Assembly (NCBI GenBank): GCA_963819655.1
Contig: CAWFXA010000002.1
Span: forward strand, 128,001-192,000
DNA length: 64,000 bases
Direction of reading: 5' to 3'
DNA from: an uncultured Chloroflexia bacterium
GTDB taxonomy: Bacteria; Chloroflexota; Limnocylindria; Limnocylindrales; CSP1-4
Under the pieces are notes generated by a model. That model was not told the DNA's origin, searched no databases, and saw only the letters and a list, made by a program, of their open reading frames with translations. This document shows, in pieces, positions 37,979 to 48,206 of this stretch. Positions within the stretch are counted from its first letter, which is position 1. Each line of letters opens with the position of its first letter. Position numbers and translations under genes: made by a program.

Positions 37979-39391
37979 ATGACCGACCACGACGGCGATC
38001 ACGGCCAGGCGACCAAACATCCACGTCTCGCCGAGCTCGAGACGATGGTCCGCGATGGCCGGATCGACACGATCGTGGTCGCGTTCACCGACATGCAGGG
38101 TCGGCTGATGGGCAAGCGCGTCCACGGCCAGGCCTTCCTCGACGGCGTGATCTCGCACGGCGCGCACTTCTGCACGTACCTGCTCGGCACGGACATGGAG
38201 ATGAACACCCCCGAGGGCTACCGGCTCATGAACTGGGAGACCGGCTACGGCGACTGGATCGCCGAGCCGATCTGGGACCAACTCCGGTTCCCGCCGTGGC
38301 TGCCCGGGACCGCGCTCGTCCTGAGCGACACGATCGACGAGGAGACCGGCCGCGAGATCCCGGTCTCGCCGCGCACGATCCTCAAGCGCCAGGTCGGCCA
38401 GGCCGAGAAGGCCGGCTTCGCGATCAAGGCCGGCTCGGAGTTCGAGTTCTACGTGCTCAAGGACTCGTGGGAGTCGCTGGCCGAGCGCGGCTGGCCTGTG
38501 CCCACTCCGTTTGGGTACTACAACGAGGATTACCACCTTCTGCAGGCGACCAAGGCAGAGCCGCTCCACCACCTGCTGCGCACCCAGATGAGCGCCGCCA
38601 ACGTCCCGATCGAGTTCAGCAAGGGCGAGGCGGCCAACGGCCAGCACGAGGTCAACATCCGCTACGACCACGTCCTCGAGTCGGCTGACCGAAGTGTCGT
38701 CTTCAAGCACGGTGCCAAGGAGATCGCCTACCTGAACGACTGGGCGATCACGTTCATGGCCAAGCCCGACCATCGCTGGACGGGGTCGTCGGGGCATCTG
38801 CACATGAGCGTCTGGGACCTCGCCAAGGACGTCCCGATCATGCACGCGACCGGGCGCGACAAGGGCGGTCCCTACGGGTTGTCCAAGGTCGGCCAGCAGT
38901 TCATGGCCGGGATGATGGCGCTGTCACGCGAGCTCGCGGTGTTCGTCGCGCCGTTCATCAACTCCTACAAGCGTTACGCCTCGCTGTCGTGGGCCCCGGT
39001 GAACGTCGTCTGGGGCCGCGATAATCGGACCACCGGGTTCCGCCTCGTCGGCCGCGGCCCGTCGCTCCACGTCGAGAACCGGTTCCCCGGAGGCGACATG
39101 AACGCGTATCTGACATACGCCGCGATGGTCGGGGCCGGGCTGTACGGCGTCCGCAAGGGCCTCAAGCTCGAGAACGAGTTCAAGGGCAACGGCTACCTCG
39201 CGAAGGGCCATCCGCGGATGCCGCGCGCGCTATACGAGGCGATCACCGAGCTGGAGCGGTCGAAGGCCGCGGTCGAGATCTTCGGGCAGGACGTCGTCGA
39301 CCACTACCTGAACGCCGCGCGGGTCGAGCAGGAAACCTACGACGCGATGGTCCATCCGTGGGACCGCGAACGCTATCTCGAGCGAGGCTGA
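37979..39391 (+). CDS. glnA4: Glutamine synthetase-like gamma-glutamyl-amine ligase (GlnA4-type)
   Basis: FTDMQGRLMGKR, YLLGTDMEMNT...WETGYGD, SKGE...GQHEVN, TFMAKP, GSSGHLH, WGRDNRT, ENRFPGGD. Confidence 0.8.
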   Translation: MTDHDGDHGQATKHPRLAELETMVRDGRIDTIVVAFTDMQGRLMGKRVHGQAFLDGVISHGAHFCTYLLGTDMEMNTPEGYRLMNWETGYGDWIAEPIWDQLRFPPWLPGTALVLSDTIDEETGREIPVSPRTILKRQVGQAEKAGFAIKAGSEFEFYVLKDSWESLAERGWPVPTPFGYYNEDYHLLQATKAEPLHHLLRTQMSAANVPIEFSKGEAANGQHEVNIRYDHVLESADRSVVFKHGAKEIAYLNDWAITFMAKPDHRWTGSSGHLHMSVWDLAKDVPIMHATGRDKGGPYGLSKVGQQFMAGMMALSRELAVFVAPFINSYKRYASLSWAPVNVVWGRDNRTTGFRLVGRGPSLHVENRFPGGDMNAYLTYAAMVGAGLYGVRKGLKLENEFKGNGYLAKGHPRMPRALYEAITELERSKAAVEIFGQDVVDHYLNAARVEQETYDAMVHPWDRERYLERG

Positions 39392-39537
39392 CGCCGATCC
39401 CTTGACCCCGGCGGAGCCGGATTTCGCTGGTGTCCGCGCTGCCCTGCTCGCCGAACGCGCCGCCCCGCTGACTCGCCCTTCCCCTGGCCCGTCCATCTTG
39501 ACTTTCGGTCGTGCCGGGAGGGCCCCCTACGAAAGTC

Positions 39538-40222
39538 CTATCCGCCGCCGCCGACGGTCCTGGTCGCCACCTCGCGGAGGCGCTGCGCGACGTCGACGTG
39601 TCCGGCCGCCTCGGCCAGGTCGGCCGGGGTCCCGCCGTCCTCCACCGCGATGGTCGGGTCGGCGCCGGCCGACAGGAACAGCTCGACCAGCTCGGCGTCG
39701 CCGTGCTGGGCCGCTTCGTGAAGCGGCGCGTAGCCACCGTGCTGGGTCGCGTTCACGTCGGCCCCGGCGGACAGCAACAGCCGGCAGACCTCGATGTGGC
39801 GGCCCGCTGCGGCCGCGTGGAGTGGCTGGTTCGCGAACCCGTTTGACGTGTACGTGTCGACCCGCGCTCCCGCGTCGAGCAGGATGCGCGTGACCTCGGC
39901 CTTTCCGAAGAACGCCGCGAGGTGCAGCGCCGTGAAGCCATCCGGCGAGAACCCCGTGACGCTGGCCGGGTCGTCCATGAGCCGCTCGCGCAAGCGGTCG
40001 ATGCGTCCGAGGGCGGCCGCCTCGAACACGTCGAGGTCCGGATCGGCGGCCAGGAGCGCGTCCATCGTCGGCCGGTCGAACCTGTACCGGGCGAGCAGAC
40101 AGGGCCGACACGCCATCGTCGCCGCGCGCCATGGCCAGCGCCGGATCCTCGGTCACCAGCGCGGCGACGCGTTCGGCGTCTCCGGCGGCGACGGCCTCCA
40201 TCACGTCCGACGGCGTGCCCAT
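39538..40222 (-). CDS. Ankyrin repeat protein; one-base frameshift near 40099
   Basis: N-terminus in ORF 39527..40222 (EAVAAGD...DGVSAL), remainder in ORF 39538..40116 (LLARY...GFTALHLAAFFG, QPLHAAAAG, GYAPLHEAAQHG). Confidence 0.8.
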
Positions 40223-40293
40223 GCACGGAGCGTACCTCGCGGGTCATGGGCGCGGGTACGATGACGGCCGACGCAGGGAGGGATGAGCGACCG

Positions 40294-41061
40294 ATGCGAC
40301 TCGCCGACAAGGTCACGATCATCACCGGTGGGGGCGGCGGGATGGGTCGGGTCGCTGCCCGGATCTTCGCCGGGCATGGAGCGAAGGTCGTGGTGGCCGA
40401 GTACGGCGAGGCTGCCGGACAGGAGACGGTCGACATGATCAGGGCCGACGGGGGCGAGGCCACGTTCGTCCGTGCCGATGTCTCGAACGAGGCCGATGCC
40501 AAGGCGATGGTGGACCACGCCGTCACGACCTATGGGCGATTGGACTGCCTCTACAACAACGCCGGCGTCATGCCCGAGGCAGACCATTCCGTGACGGACA
40601 CATCGGTCGAGGTCTGGGACCAGGTGATGGCCGTCAACGTCCGCGGCGTATTCCTCGGCTGCAAGTACGCGGTCCCCGCGATGGCGGCCGCCGGTGGCGG
40701 CTCGATCATCAACATCTCGAGCTTCGTCGCGCTCCTCGGCTGCTCCGTTCCGCAGGACGCCTACACCGCCTCGAAAGGCGCCGTGCTCAGCCTCACCCGG
40801 AGTCTGGCCGTCCAGTTCGGGCCGAAGGGCATCCGCACGAACGCCATCTGCCCCGGTCCTGTCGAGACGCCGTTGCTGATGGACTGGCTCGTGAAGGACG
40901 AGGACGCGAAGCGCATCCGGCTCGCGCGCAACCCGACCGGCCGATTCGGGAAGCCAGAGGAGATCGTCCACATGGCCGTCTATCTCGCCTCCGACGAGTC
41001 GCGCTGGACGAACGGCGCGTCGCTCGTCGTTGATGGCGGGATCACCGTCAACTACTTCTGA
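40294..41061 (+). CDS. Short-chain dehydrogenase/reductase
   Basis: TGGGGGMG, NNAG, YTASKG, CPGPVETPLL; the type found in glnA4 clusters. Confidence 0.9.
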   Translation: MRLADKVTIITGGGGGMGRVAARIFAGHGAKVVVAEYGEAAGQETVDMIRADGGEATFVRADVSNEADAKAMVDHAVTTYGRLDCLYNNAGVMPEADHSVTDTSVEVWDQVMAVNVRGVFLGCKYAVPAMAAAGGGSIINISSFVALLGCSVPQDAYTASKGAVLSLTRSLAVQFGPKGIRTNAICPGPVETPLLMDWLVKDEDAKRIRLARNPTGRFGKPEEIVHMAVYLASDESRWTNGASLVVDGGITVNYF

Positions 41062-41071
41062 GAGGCACGTC

Positions 41072-41920
41072 GTGACGGAGTCGACGTCATCGAGCGACGG
41101 CAATGGCCGGCTCGCGTTCGGGGTCGACGTCGGTGGCAGCGGTATCAAGGCCGCGATCGTCGACGTCGACTCGGGTGAGATGCGGTCGGAGCGCCTGCGC
41201 GTTCCGACGCCGGTGCCGTCGACGCCCGACAGGGTCAGCGCGTCGATCGCCCGGCTCGTGCGGCGGCTCGCCAAGGCGACGTCGATCCCGGACGACGCGC
41301 CGGTCGGCGTGGGGCTGCCCGGCGTGGCCATCGATGGGCGGCTGAAGACGGCCGCGAACATCGACCCGGCGTGGGTCGACTATCCGATCGCCGAGAAGCT
41401 GTCGAAGGCATTGAAGCGGCGGGTCGAGATCGTCAACGACGCCGATGCGGCGGGTATCGCCGAGCTGCGCTTCGGAGGCGGCGCCGGCAAGCGCGGGACC
41501 GTGATCTTCCTGACCCTGGGCACGGGCGTCGGGTCCGGCGTGTTCGTCGACGGTACGCTCGTGCCGAACACCGAGTTCGGGCAGATGGAGATCCGCGGCC
41601 GTCCGGCGGAGCGGCGGTCGGCGTCCGCGGCCCGCACCCGACGCGGCCTGTCGTGGAAGGCGTGGGCGCAGGACCTCGACGAGCACCTCCAGCGGATCGA
41701 GGAGCTCTTGTGGCCGTCGCTGTTCATCATCGGTGGCGGGGTGAGCAAGAACGCCGACAAGTTCATTCCGAAGCTGACGGCCCGCACGCCGATCGTGCCC
41801 GCCCAGCTGCGCAACGATGCCGGGATCGTCGGCGCCGGCATCGTGGCGGTCGAGGGCTTCGCCGACGCCAAGTCGACCTGGGACGACCTGCCGGAGGGCC
41901 AGCGCCCGGCCCCGGAGTAG
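41072..41920 (+). CDS. ppgK: Polyphosphate/ATP glucokinase (ROK family)
   Basis: GVDVGGSGIK, TAANIDPAW, NDADAAG, TLGTGVGS, PNTEFG, GGGVSK, NDAGIVGA. Confidence 0.88.
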   Translation: MTESTSSSDGNGRLAFGVDVGGSGIKAAIVDVDSGEMRSERLRVPTPVPSTPDRVSASIARLVRRLAKATSIPDDAPVGVGLPGVAIDGRLKTAANIDPAWVDYPIAEKLSKALKRRVEIVNDADAAGIAELRFGGGAGKRGTVIFLTLGTGVGSGVFVDGTLVPNTEFGQMEIRGRPAERRSASAARTRRGLSWKAWAQDLDEHLQRIEELLWPSLFIIGGGVSKNADKFIPKLTARTPIVPAQLRNDAGIVGAGIVAVEGFADAKSTWDDLPEGQRPAPE

Positions 41921-41974
41921 CGGCGACCGCGCCGCCCCGCGCCGCACCGCACCGGTTCGCCCCTCGCCGCCCTC

Positions 41975-42134
41975 CTTCGCCTAATCGATTCTGCCCCCAC
42001 CAGACGATTTGCAGCATCGCCAGGTCGAAGGGACGAGTTGCGAGCTCGACCACGCTCACGTGAACTGGCGAAGCGGCCGTTAGGCCGTGCGATGGGCCGA
42101 TTCCTCTGGTCCCAGCAGAATCCACGCCGCGAAG
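41975..42134. repeat. ~160 bp rod-like imperfect palindrome
   Basis: Gapless arm matches CTTCGC, GATTCTGC, ACCAGA, CATCGC, with partial matches continuing toward the centre near 42054. Confidence 0.6.
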
Positions 42135-42238
42135 CTCTGTTGGGCGCATGCGACCGCGTGCACGCCCGTTGAGACCGCTCAGCGGCGGACGAGCGTAGAA
42201 TCGCGACCCTTTCCATTTGCCCCTCGCGAGGTCTCCCG

Positions 42239-43726
42239 ATGACCACCGAATTGCACGCGCCGGCCGGCGCGGACGCCCCCAGCACGACCCGCATGGTGAT
42301 CGGTGGCGAGTCCATCGACGCCGCCGAGGGCCAGACCTTCGACATCGTCAACCCCGCCACCGGGCAGACCGTGGCGACCGCCCCGCTCGGCGGTCGCGCC
42401 GACGTCGACCGCGCGGTGGCGGCCGCGCAGGCGGCGTTCGACGAGCGCAAGGGCTGGGCCAACTGGGCGGCCGGCAAGCGCGGCCGCACGCTTTCGAAGC
42501 TGGCCGATCTCATCAAGAAGAACAGCGAGGAACTCGCCTGGCTCGAGAGCCGCAACGGCGGCAAGCCCATCACGTCGGCCCGTGGCGAGATCATCGGCGC
42601 GAGTCTCGTGTTCGACTATTACGCGGGCGCCGCGAACAAGATCTACGGGCAGACGATCCCGGTATCGAAGCCCGGCATCGACCTGACCTTGCGCGAACCG
42701 ATCGGCGTCGTGGGGCTCATCGTCCCGTGGAACTTCCCACTGCTGATGGCCGCCTGGAAGGTGGCGCCGGCGCTGGCCGCGGGCAATGCCGCGATCCTGA
42801 AGCCCGCGTCGTACACGCCGCTGACCGCGCTCCGCCTCGGCGAGCTCGCGCTGGAAGCCGGTGTGCCGGCCGGGATCCTCAACGTCGTGACTGGCCCCGG
42901 CGGCACCGTCGGCGCGTCGATCGCGGCCCATCCGGGCATCGGCAAGGTGGCGTTCACCGGCGAGACGACGACGGGCCAAGAGATCATGCGGCTCGCCTCG
43001 GCCAACGTGAAGAAGATCTCGCTCGAGCTCGGCGGCAAGAGCCCGAACATCGTGTTCGCCGATGCGGACCTCGAGAAGTTCGCCAAGGAATTGCCATACA
43101 GCGTCTTCGACAACGCGGGGCAGGACTGCTGCGCCCGCAGCCGCATCCTCGTCGAGCGATCGGCCCACGAGCGGGTCGTCGAGCTGTTCGCCGAGGCGAC
43201 CCGCAACGTCAAGGTCGGCGATCCGGCCGACGATGCGACCGAGGTCGGGCCGCTGGTCAGCGCCAAGCAGCGCGACAAGGTCAAGGACTACATCGAGATC
43301 GGTCTGGGCGAGGGCGCCACGCTCGTGGTGGGCGGCACGCCACCCGAGGATCCGGCCTTGGCCGCTGGGGCGTATCTCCTTCCGACGGTGTTCGACGGCG
43401 TCGACAACGACATGCGCATCGCGCGCGAGGAGATCTTCGGTCCGGTGGTCTCGATCATCCCGTTCGACACGGAAGAGGAGGCGCTGAAGCTCGCCAACGC
43501 GACACCGTACGGCCTGTCGGGCTCCATCTGGAGTCGCGATATCGGCAAGGCGATGCGCGCCGCGAAGGCCCTCCAGTCGGGCGTGATCAGCATCAACTCG
43601 AACAGCTCGGTCCATACCGAGGCGCCGTTCGGGGGGTACAAGATGTCGGGCATCGGCCGCGAACTCGGGATGGCCGCGCTCGACCTGTACACGGAGACCA
43701 AGAACGTCTTCATCGACATCAGCTGA
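42239..43726 (+). CDS. Aldehyde dehydrogenase (glnA4-cluster type)
   Basis: IVPWNFP, FTGETTTG, LELGGKSP, FDNAGQDCCARSR, EEIFGP. Confidence 0.92.
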   Translation: MTTELHAPAGADAPSTTRMVIGGESIDAAEGQTFDIVNPATGQTVATAPLGGRADVDRAVAAAQAAFDERKGWANWAAGKRGRTLSKLADLIKKNSEELAWLESRNGGKPITSARGEIIGASLVFDYYAGAANKIYGQTIPVSKPGIDLTLREPIGVVGLIVPWNFPLLMAAWKVAPALAAGNAAILKPASYTPLTALRLGELALEAGVPAGILNVVTGPGGTVGASIAAHPGIGKVAFTGETTTGQEIMRLASANVKKISLELGGKSPNIVFADADLEKFAKELPYSVFDNAGQDCCARSRILVERSAHERVVELFAEATRNVKVGDPADDATEVGPLVSAKQRDKVKDYIEIGLGEGATLVVGGTPPEDPALAAGAYLLPTVFDGVDNDMRIAREEIFGPVVSIIPFDTEEEALKLANATPYGLSGSIWSRDIGKAMRAAKALQSGVISINSNSSVHTEAPFGGYKMSGIGRELGMAALDLYTETKNVFIDIS

Positions 43727-43835
43727 TCGGGAGGACGGGGCTGAGCCGCCGCAGGCGACGAGCTTCCACGCCCGGGTCGAACCGCCCGGACGGGGTCGCC
43801 GTGGACGCGGGGCGCTGGCGCTCGCCGGCTGGGTC

Positions 43836-44360
43836 GTGGGGCTGGGCGCGGTCATCGCCGTGGCAACACAAGGCGGGGCTCCCTCGCCCCCCAGTGCGCA
43901 TCCCGGCGCGGTCGTGAGCTCGCCGCCTCCGTCGGGCCTACTCGTCGGTCAACGCCATCTCGCGCTCGATCAGCCGGCGCGACGCGACGATGTCGTGGTC
44001 ACGCGCGAGCTGATCGTGCGCGGCCGGGTCGCCCGATCGGCAGGATCGGTGCGGATCATCCTGGAATCTCGCGGCGGGAAGCCGATCGCGACAGCCGCCA
44101 TCGATCCGACCGGCGGCGGGCATGGCGACTGGATCCCCTTCGAGAGCCGTTTCCAGCTGCCCTTCCCGCGTCCGAGCGGCGACATGATCCTGTTCCTCAT
44201 CGCGGTCGATGAGGACGGCATCCCGATCGACGCGATCCGACGACGCTTCTCGATGGGCGCGATCCTCGATATCCCGGGAACAGGGCCCCGCGGGTCGAAA
44301 GGCGAGGACGGCGTGATGGGCGGGATCCCATTCGGGACGAACTTCCGGACGGGGGCCTGA
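43836..44360 (+). CDS. Hypothetical membrane-anchored protein, possibly Gmad2/Ig-like; start uncertain
   Basis: The hydrophobic stretch extends upstream of the first start codon (RGRRGRGALALAGWVVGLGAVIAVA); P/S linker, then a beta-rich domain. Confidence 0.5.
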   Translation: MGLGAVIAVATQGGAPSPPSAHPGAVVSSPPPSGLLVGQRHLALDQPARRDDVVVTRELIVRGRVARSAGSVRIILESRGGKPIATAAIDPTGGGHGDWIPFESRFQLPFPRPSGDMILFLIAVDEDGIPIDAIRRRFSMGAILDIPGTGPRGSKGEDGVMGGIPFGTNFRTGA

Positions 44361-44363
44361 GCC

Positions 44364-44978
44364 TCAGAACCCCCGGTCGACCGGCGGCCACGTGACGTCC
44401 GGCCGCCGCCGGTCCAGCCAGTCGCGCAGCATCCACATCGTCGTCCGGAACGCGAGCTCCGGCCAGGGGATCGCCGCCGGGTCGAACGTGGCGATCTCGA
44501 GCGCCTCGCGCGTCGGCGTCGGGCTGCCACCGACCACCCGCGCCTCGAACGCGATGGTCACGACGGCGGCCTCGAGCCGCGTGTACAGGCCGATGATCTC
44601 GCCCGGCTCGACGAGCAGCCCCGTCTCCTCGAGGGTCTCGCGGATCGCCGCCTCGTGGACCGTCTCATCGACCTCGAGGAAGCCGCCCGGTTGCGCCCAT
44701 GCGCCGCGGCCCGGCTCGATGCCCCGCCGCAACAGGACCAGCTGACCGTCGTCGGTGATCGGGAGCGTCGTGACCACGAGTCGCGGATTGACGTAGGCGA
44801 TGTGGCCGCAGGCGGCGCACGACAGACGGTCTCGGTCCTCGCCGTCGATGGTGCCGAGGTTCAGCGCACTTCCGCAGTTCGAGCAGAAGTTCAGCGATCG
44901 AGCGATCCACGTCGGGACGCCCCTGCCGGAGGCGAGATCCGTCGAGCGGCCGTCCGGCCCTCGGTCGTAGCCGTCCAC
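44364..44978 (-). CDS. NUDIX hydrolase with N-terminal zinc ribbon
   Basis: FCSNCG...CAACG, YVNP, Nudix box GGFLEVDETVHEAAIRETLEETG. Confidence 0.92.
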   Translation of the reverse strand: MDGYDRGPDGRSTDLASGRGVPTWIARSLNFCSNCGSALNLGTIDGEDRDRLSCAACGHIAYVNPRLVVTTLPITDDGQLVLLRRGIEPGRGAWAQPGGFLEVDETVHEAAIRETLEETGLLVEPGEIIGLYTRLEAAVVTIAFEARVVGGSPTPTREALEIATFDPAAIPWPELAFRTTMWMLRDWLDRRRPDVTWPPVDRGF

Positions 44979-44981
44979 CGC

Positions 44982-45407
44982 CTAGGCGAGCAGCACGACG
45001 ACGCCCACACCGACCAGCGCGAGGAGACCGACCACGCTCACCGCCACCCACGCCAGCCGGAACAGGCCCTTGCCGCGATCGACCGGCATCCACGCCCACG
45101 CCGAGCGCCAGATGCGCACGATCGCGTCCGATGTCGTGATCACGAGGAGGGGTGCCGCGATGGCCACACACAGCTTGATGAGGGGGTCGCCAAGCCGCGC
45201 CCCGAGGTTCAGCGCTGTGATCGCGATGAAGCCCGCGATGAGGACCGGTACCGACAGGTTGATGTAGTGCTTCTGGAGAGGCGTCGGGGCGACTTCAGGG
45301 ACCGACCGCGGCGGAAGGCCCCGGAGGCTGGGCGGCAGGGTCGTCGTCGGGTGCGCGGCCTGGCGATCGAGCACGGGCATCCCGGGCTCCCAGCGGTCGT
45401 CATCCAT
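44982..45407 (-). CDS. Hypothetical membrane protein (3 TM)
   Basis: ATG 45407 with TACACT upstream; three hydrophobic segments; abuts the NUDIX gene. Confidence 0.65.
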   Translation of the reverse strand: MDDDRWEPGMPVLDRQAAHPTTTLPPSLRGLPPRSVPEVAPTPLQKHYINLSVPVLIAGFIAITALNLGARLGDPLIKLCVAIAAPLLVITTSDAIVRIWRSAWAWMPVDRGKGLFRLAWVAVSVVGLLALVGVGVVVLLA

Positions 45408-45778
45408 CTTGCCCGGCAGTGTAGTCGCGGTTGCCGAAGCCCTACAGCAGCCGGTCCTCGGGGGCGTCCGCCGGTTCCACGATCGACGCACAGGTCGGGC
45501 AGATGGCGCACGCGGACAGACCCCTGCGGGCGTGAACGACGCGTCTCAGGACGACCTTGTGGCCAGTTCAGTTGTCAGAATCGGCCGGTACCAGCTCCCG
45601 CTCATCTCGTCCGTGCGCCGATCGTGCGTGAACGACCAATGTGCCGGACTTGTCGGCCGCGCGAGACCATCTCAGACCAGACTTGATGTTGCCCTGAACC
45701 GCGTACTTCATGGTCGAGTCGCAGGGCGCACCTCCAGGGCGAATCGGCGAATACCCGCGCGCGAGACCGGGCGGGCTG

Positions 45779-45919
45779 ATGTTCGCCCCGTATCGCCGGC
45801 TCATCGCGCTCCGCCTGACGATCATCTTTGGGGCGATAGCGGTGATGTTCACCGGCGCTCTCGTGGCGGCCAGACGCTGCTCGACCTTGGCCTGCAGCTC
45901 GCCGAGCATCGCTCCGTGA
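45779..45919 (+). CDS. Possible small single-TM protein (may extend to 45948 if frameshifted)
   Basis: MFAPYRRLIALRLTIIFGAIAVMFTGALVAA. An alternative-frame tail QTLLDLGLQLAEHRSVTPSGAILTT ends at 45948. Confidence 0.35.
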   Translation: MFAPYRRLIALRLTIIFGAIAVMFTGALVAARRCSTLACSSPSIAP

Positions 45920-45963
45920 CGCCGTCGGGCGCAATCCTCACGACCTAGCGGCGGTCGTCGGGG

Positions 45964-46464
45964 TCAGATCGCGGCGTTCGAGGGATCGTCCATCACGGCT
46001 GCGGTCTGCCGGGACCGCCAGTCGGCCAATCGAGTCGCGAGCTCCTCGTCGCCGAGTGCGAGGATCGCTGCCGCGAGCAGCGCGGCATTCACGGCGTTGC
46101 CGATGGCGACCGTGGCGACCGGGACCCCGCGTGGCATCTGGACGATCGACAGCAGCGAATCGAGCCCGCCGAGATGCTTCGTGGGGATCGGGACGCCGAT
46201 GACAGGCAGCATCGTCTTCGCGGCGAGCATCCCGGGCAGGTGCGCGGCGCCGCCGGCACCGGCCACGATCACCCGGATCCCGCGGGCCGCGGCGTCCTCC
46301 GCATATCGGAAGAGGAGGTCGGGCGTGCGGTGTGCCGAGACGACTCGCAGCTCGGCCGGGACCCCGAGCTCCGTGAGGACCGCGACCGCCTCCTCCAGGA
46401 CCGGGAAGTCCGACCGGCTGCCGCCGACCACGCCCACGAGGGGTGCGTCGTCCTGCGCGGTCAT
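45964..46464 (-). CDS. purE: N5-CAIR mutase
   Basis: [40 protein letters not shown]. Confidence 0.96.
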   Translation of the reverse strand: MTAQDDAPLVGVVGGSRSDFPVLEEAVAVLTELGVPAELRVVSAHRTPDLLFRYAEDAAARGIRVIVAGAGGAAHLPGMLAAKTMLPVIGVPIPTKHLGGLDSLLSIVQMPRGVPVATVAIGNAVNAALLAAAILALGDEELATRLADWRSRQTAAVMDDPSNAAI

Positions 46465-48206
46465 GGCTGCTCGTCCGCGGCAGCTCCGTCCGCGGTGCCG
46501 GCGTCGTCGTCGTCGCGCCAGGTCAGCAGCTCGACCGCGGCGCGGGCGCGCGACAGCGCGTCGTCGGTGGTGGCGCCCATGGCCGTCACGTGGCCCATCT
46601 TGCGGCGTTCGAAGACCTGCTGCTTGTCGTAGAGGTGGAGGTGGACGTCCGGATCGGCCATGGCCCGGGCGAGGCCGAGGCCATCGAGCTGCGCCGGCCG
46701 GGAGCGCCCCGTACCGAGCAGGTTGACGGTGGCAGCGTTGCCGAGCGGCTCGGTCGACCCGAGGTCGAGACCGCAGATGGCGCGGATGTGCTGCTCGAAC
46801 TGCGACGTCGCCACCCCCTCGATCGTCCAGTGGCCGCTGTTATGGACGCGTGGCGCGAGCTCGTTCACCACGAGCCGGCCGTCGGGCATGAGGAACAACT
46901 CGACGGTCAGCGTGCCGGTCACGCCGATCGTCACCGCGAGGCGCTCGCCGAGTGACACCGCGAGCTCGGCGACGTCGCGGTCGACCGATGCCGGGGCGAC
47001 ACTCTCGACGAGGATGCCCCCGTCGTGGCGATTGCACGCGAGCGGGTACGTGGCGATCCCACCGAACGTGGAGCGCGCCACGACGATCGACAGCTCGGCC
47101 TGGAATGCAAGCTCGGTTTCGGCGAGCAGCGACTCGCCGGCCGGACGGCCGACGCGTTCGAGAGCATCGTCGAGCTCCGACGGATCGGTGAGCCGGAGCT
47201 GACCGCGCCCGTCGTACCCGCCGGTGGCGACCTTGAGTCGGAGCGGCAGGCCGAGCTCATCGGCCGCTGCCCGCAGGCCGTCGGTATCGCGGATCTCGCG
47301 CCACGGCGCGACCGTGGCCCCCGCCGTCTCGAGGAAACGACGCTCCGCGATCCGGTCCTGCGTGACGTGCAGCGGCAGGCGCCCGGGCCGGACCGGTCGC
47401 GACGCCTCGACCGCGTCGACGACCTCTACGGCGACGTGCTCGAGCTCGTAGGTGACCACGTCGCTGAGCTCCGCCAGCCGTAGCGCTCCGCCCACGTCGT
47501 CGTAGCCGGCGACGACCATCCGATCGGCGAGGGCCGCCGCCGGACAAGCCGGGTCCGGGTCGAGCACGGCGATCCGATAGCCCATGGCCCGCGCGGCGAG
47601 GGCGAGCATCCGGCCGAGCTGACCACCGCCCAGGATCCCGATCGTGCCCGGCGGCACGATCGGTTTGCGCTCGACGCCAAGCCTCCTGTGGACGTCGGCG
47701 ATCCAGGCCTGCTTGCGGTACGTGTACTCGGGAGTGGTGTCGAGCGGGCCGCCGGCCACGATCCCGCTCTTCAGCATCGCGTATCCCTCGACGAGGGCCG
47801 GGTCGGCAAGCAGCGCATCGCGGAACGCCAGGTCCCGGCTCAACTCCTCGCGGTCGGGCAGCACATGGAGGTGGATGCGGAACGTCGTGCCGGCACGGAC
47901 CATCGAGCCGACCAGCATCGGCCGGCTGGGCGGCCACGGATCGGGTCCGGGTTGTGGTCCGAACCCGAGCTCGCGGAGCAAAGCCGCCAGGACCGGCACG
48001 TCGTCCGGCGTCGTGGCGACCGCCAGGTCGACGATGCCTTTGCCGGGCAGCCCGGGGACTGCCGTGCTGCCGATGTGCTCGACGGCCAGGTCAGGCCGGC
48101 GCTCGCGGATGAGCTCGCTGACCGCCGTCGCCACCTCGACTGTCCTCGGGTCCCACGGCTCGACGGTCGCAGGCAGTCGAACGTAGGGCCCGATCGGCGG
48201 GTTCAC
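46461..48206 (-). CDS. purK: GrpB(UPF0157)-domain / N5-CAIR synthetase fusion
   Basis: N-terminal ~180 aa [20 protein letters not shown]...HLH...AFRDAL...YAMLK...YTYRK; then [36 protein letters not shown]. Confidence 0.9.
   Translation of the reverse strand: MNPPIGPYVRLPATVEPWDPRTVEVATAVSELIRERRPDLAVEHIGSTAVPGLPGKGIVDLAVATTPDDVPVLAALLRELGFGPQPGPDPWPPSRPMLVGSMVRAGTTFRIHLHVLPDREELSRDLAFRDALLADPALVEGYAMLKSGIVAGGPLDTTPEYTYRKQAWIADVHRRLGVERKPIVPPGTIGILGGGQLGRMLALAARAMGYRIAVLDPDPACPAAALADRMVVAGYDDVGGALRLAELSDVVTYELEHVAVEVVDAVEASRPVRPGRLPLHVTQDRIAERRFLETAGATVAPWREIRDTDGLRAAADELGLPLRLKVATGGYDGRGQLRLTDPSELDDALERVGRPAGESLLAETELAFQAELSIVVARSTFGGIATYPLACNRHDGGILVESVAPASVDRDVAELAVSLGERLAVTIGVTGTLTVELFLMPDGRLVVNELAPRVHNSGHWTIEGVATSQFEQHIRAICGLDLGSTEPLGNAATVNLLGTGRSRPAQLDGLGLARAMADPDVHLHLYDKQQVFERRKMGHVTAMGATTDDALSRARAAVELLTWRDDDDAGTADGAAADEQP

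Noticed and set aside
39500-39537. GACTTTCG...CGAAAGTC inverted repeat resembling a DosR-like box
   Set aside because: It lies between convergent gene ends, where an operator makes little sense; more likely a terminator-type hairpin or chance.
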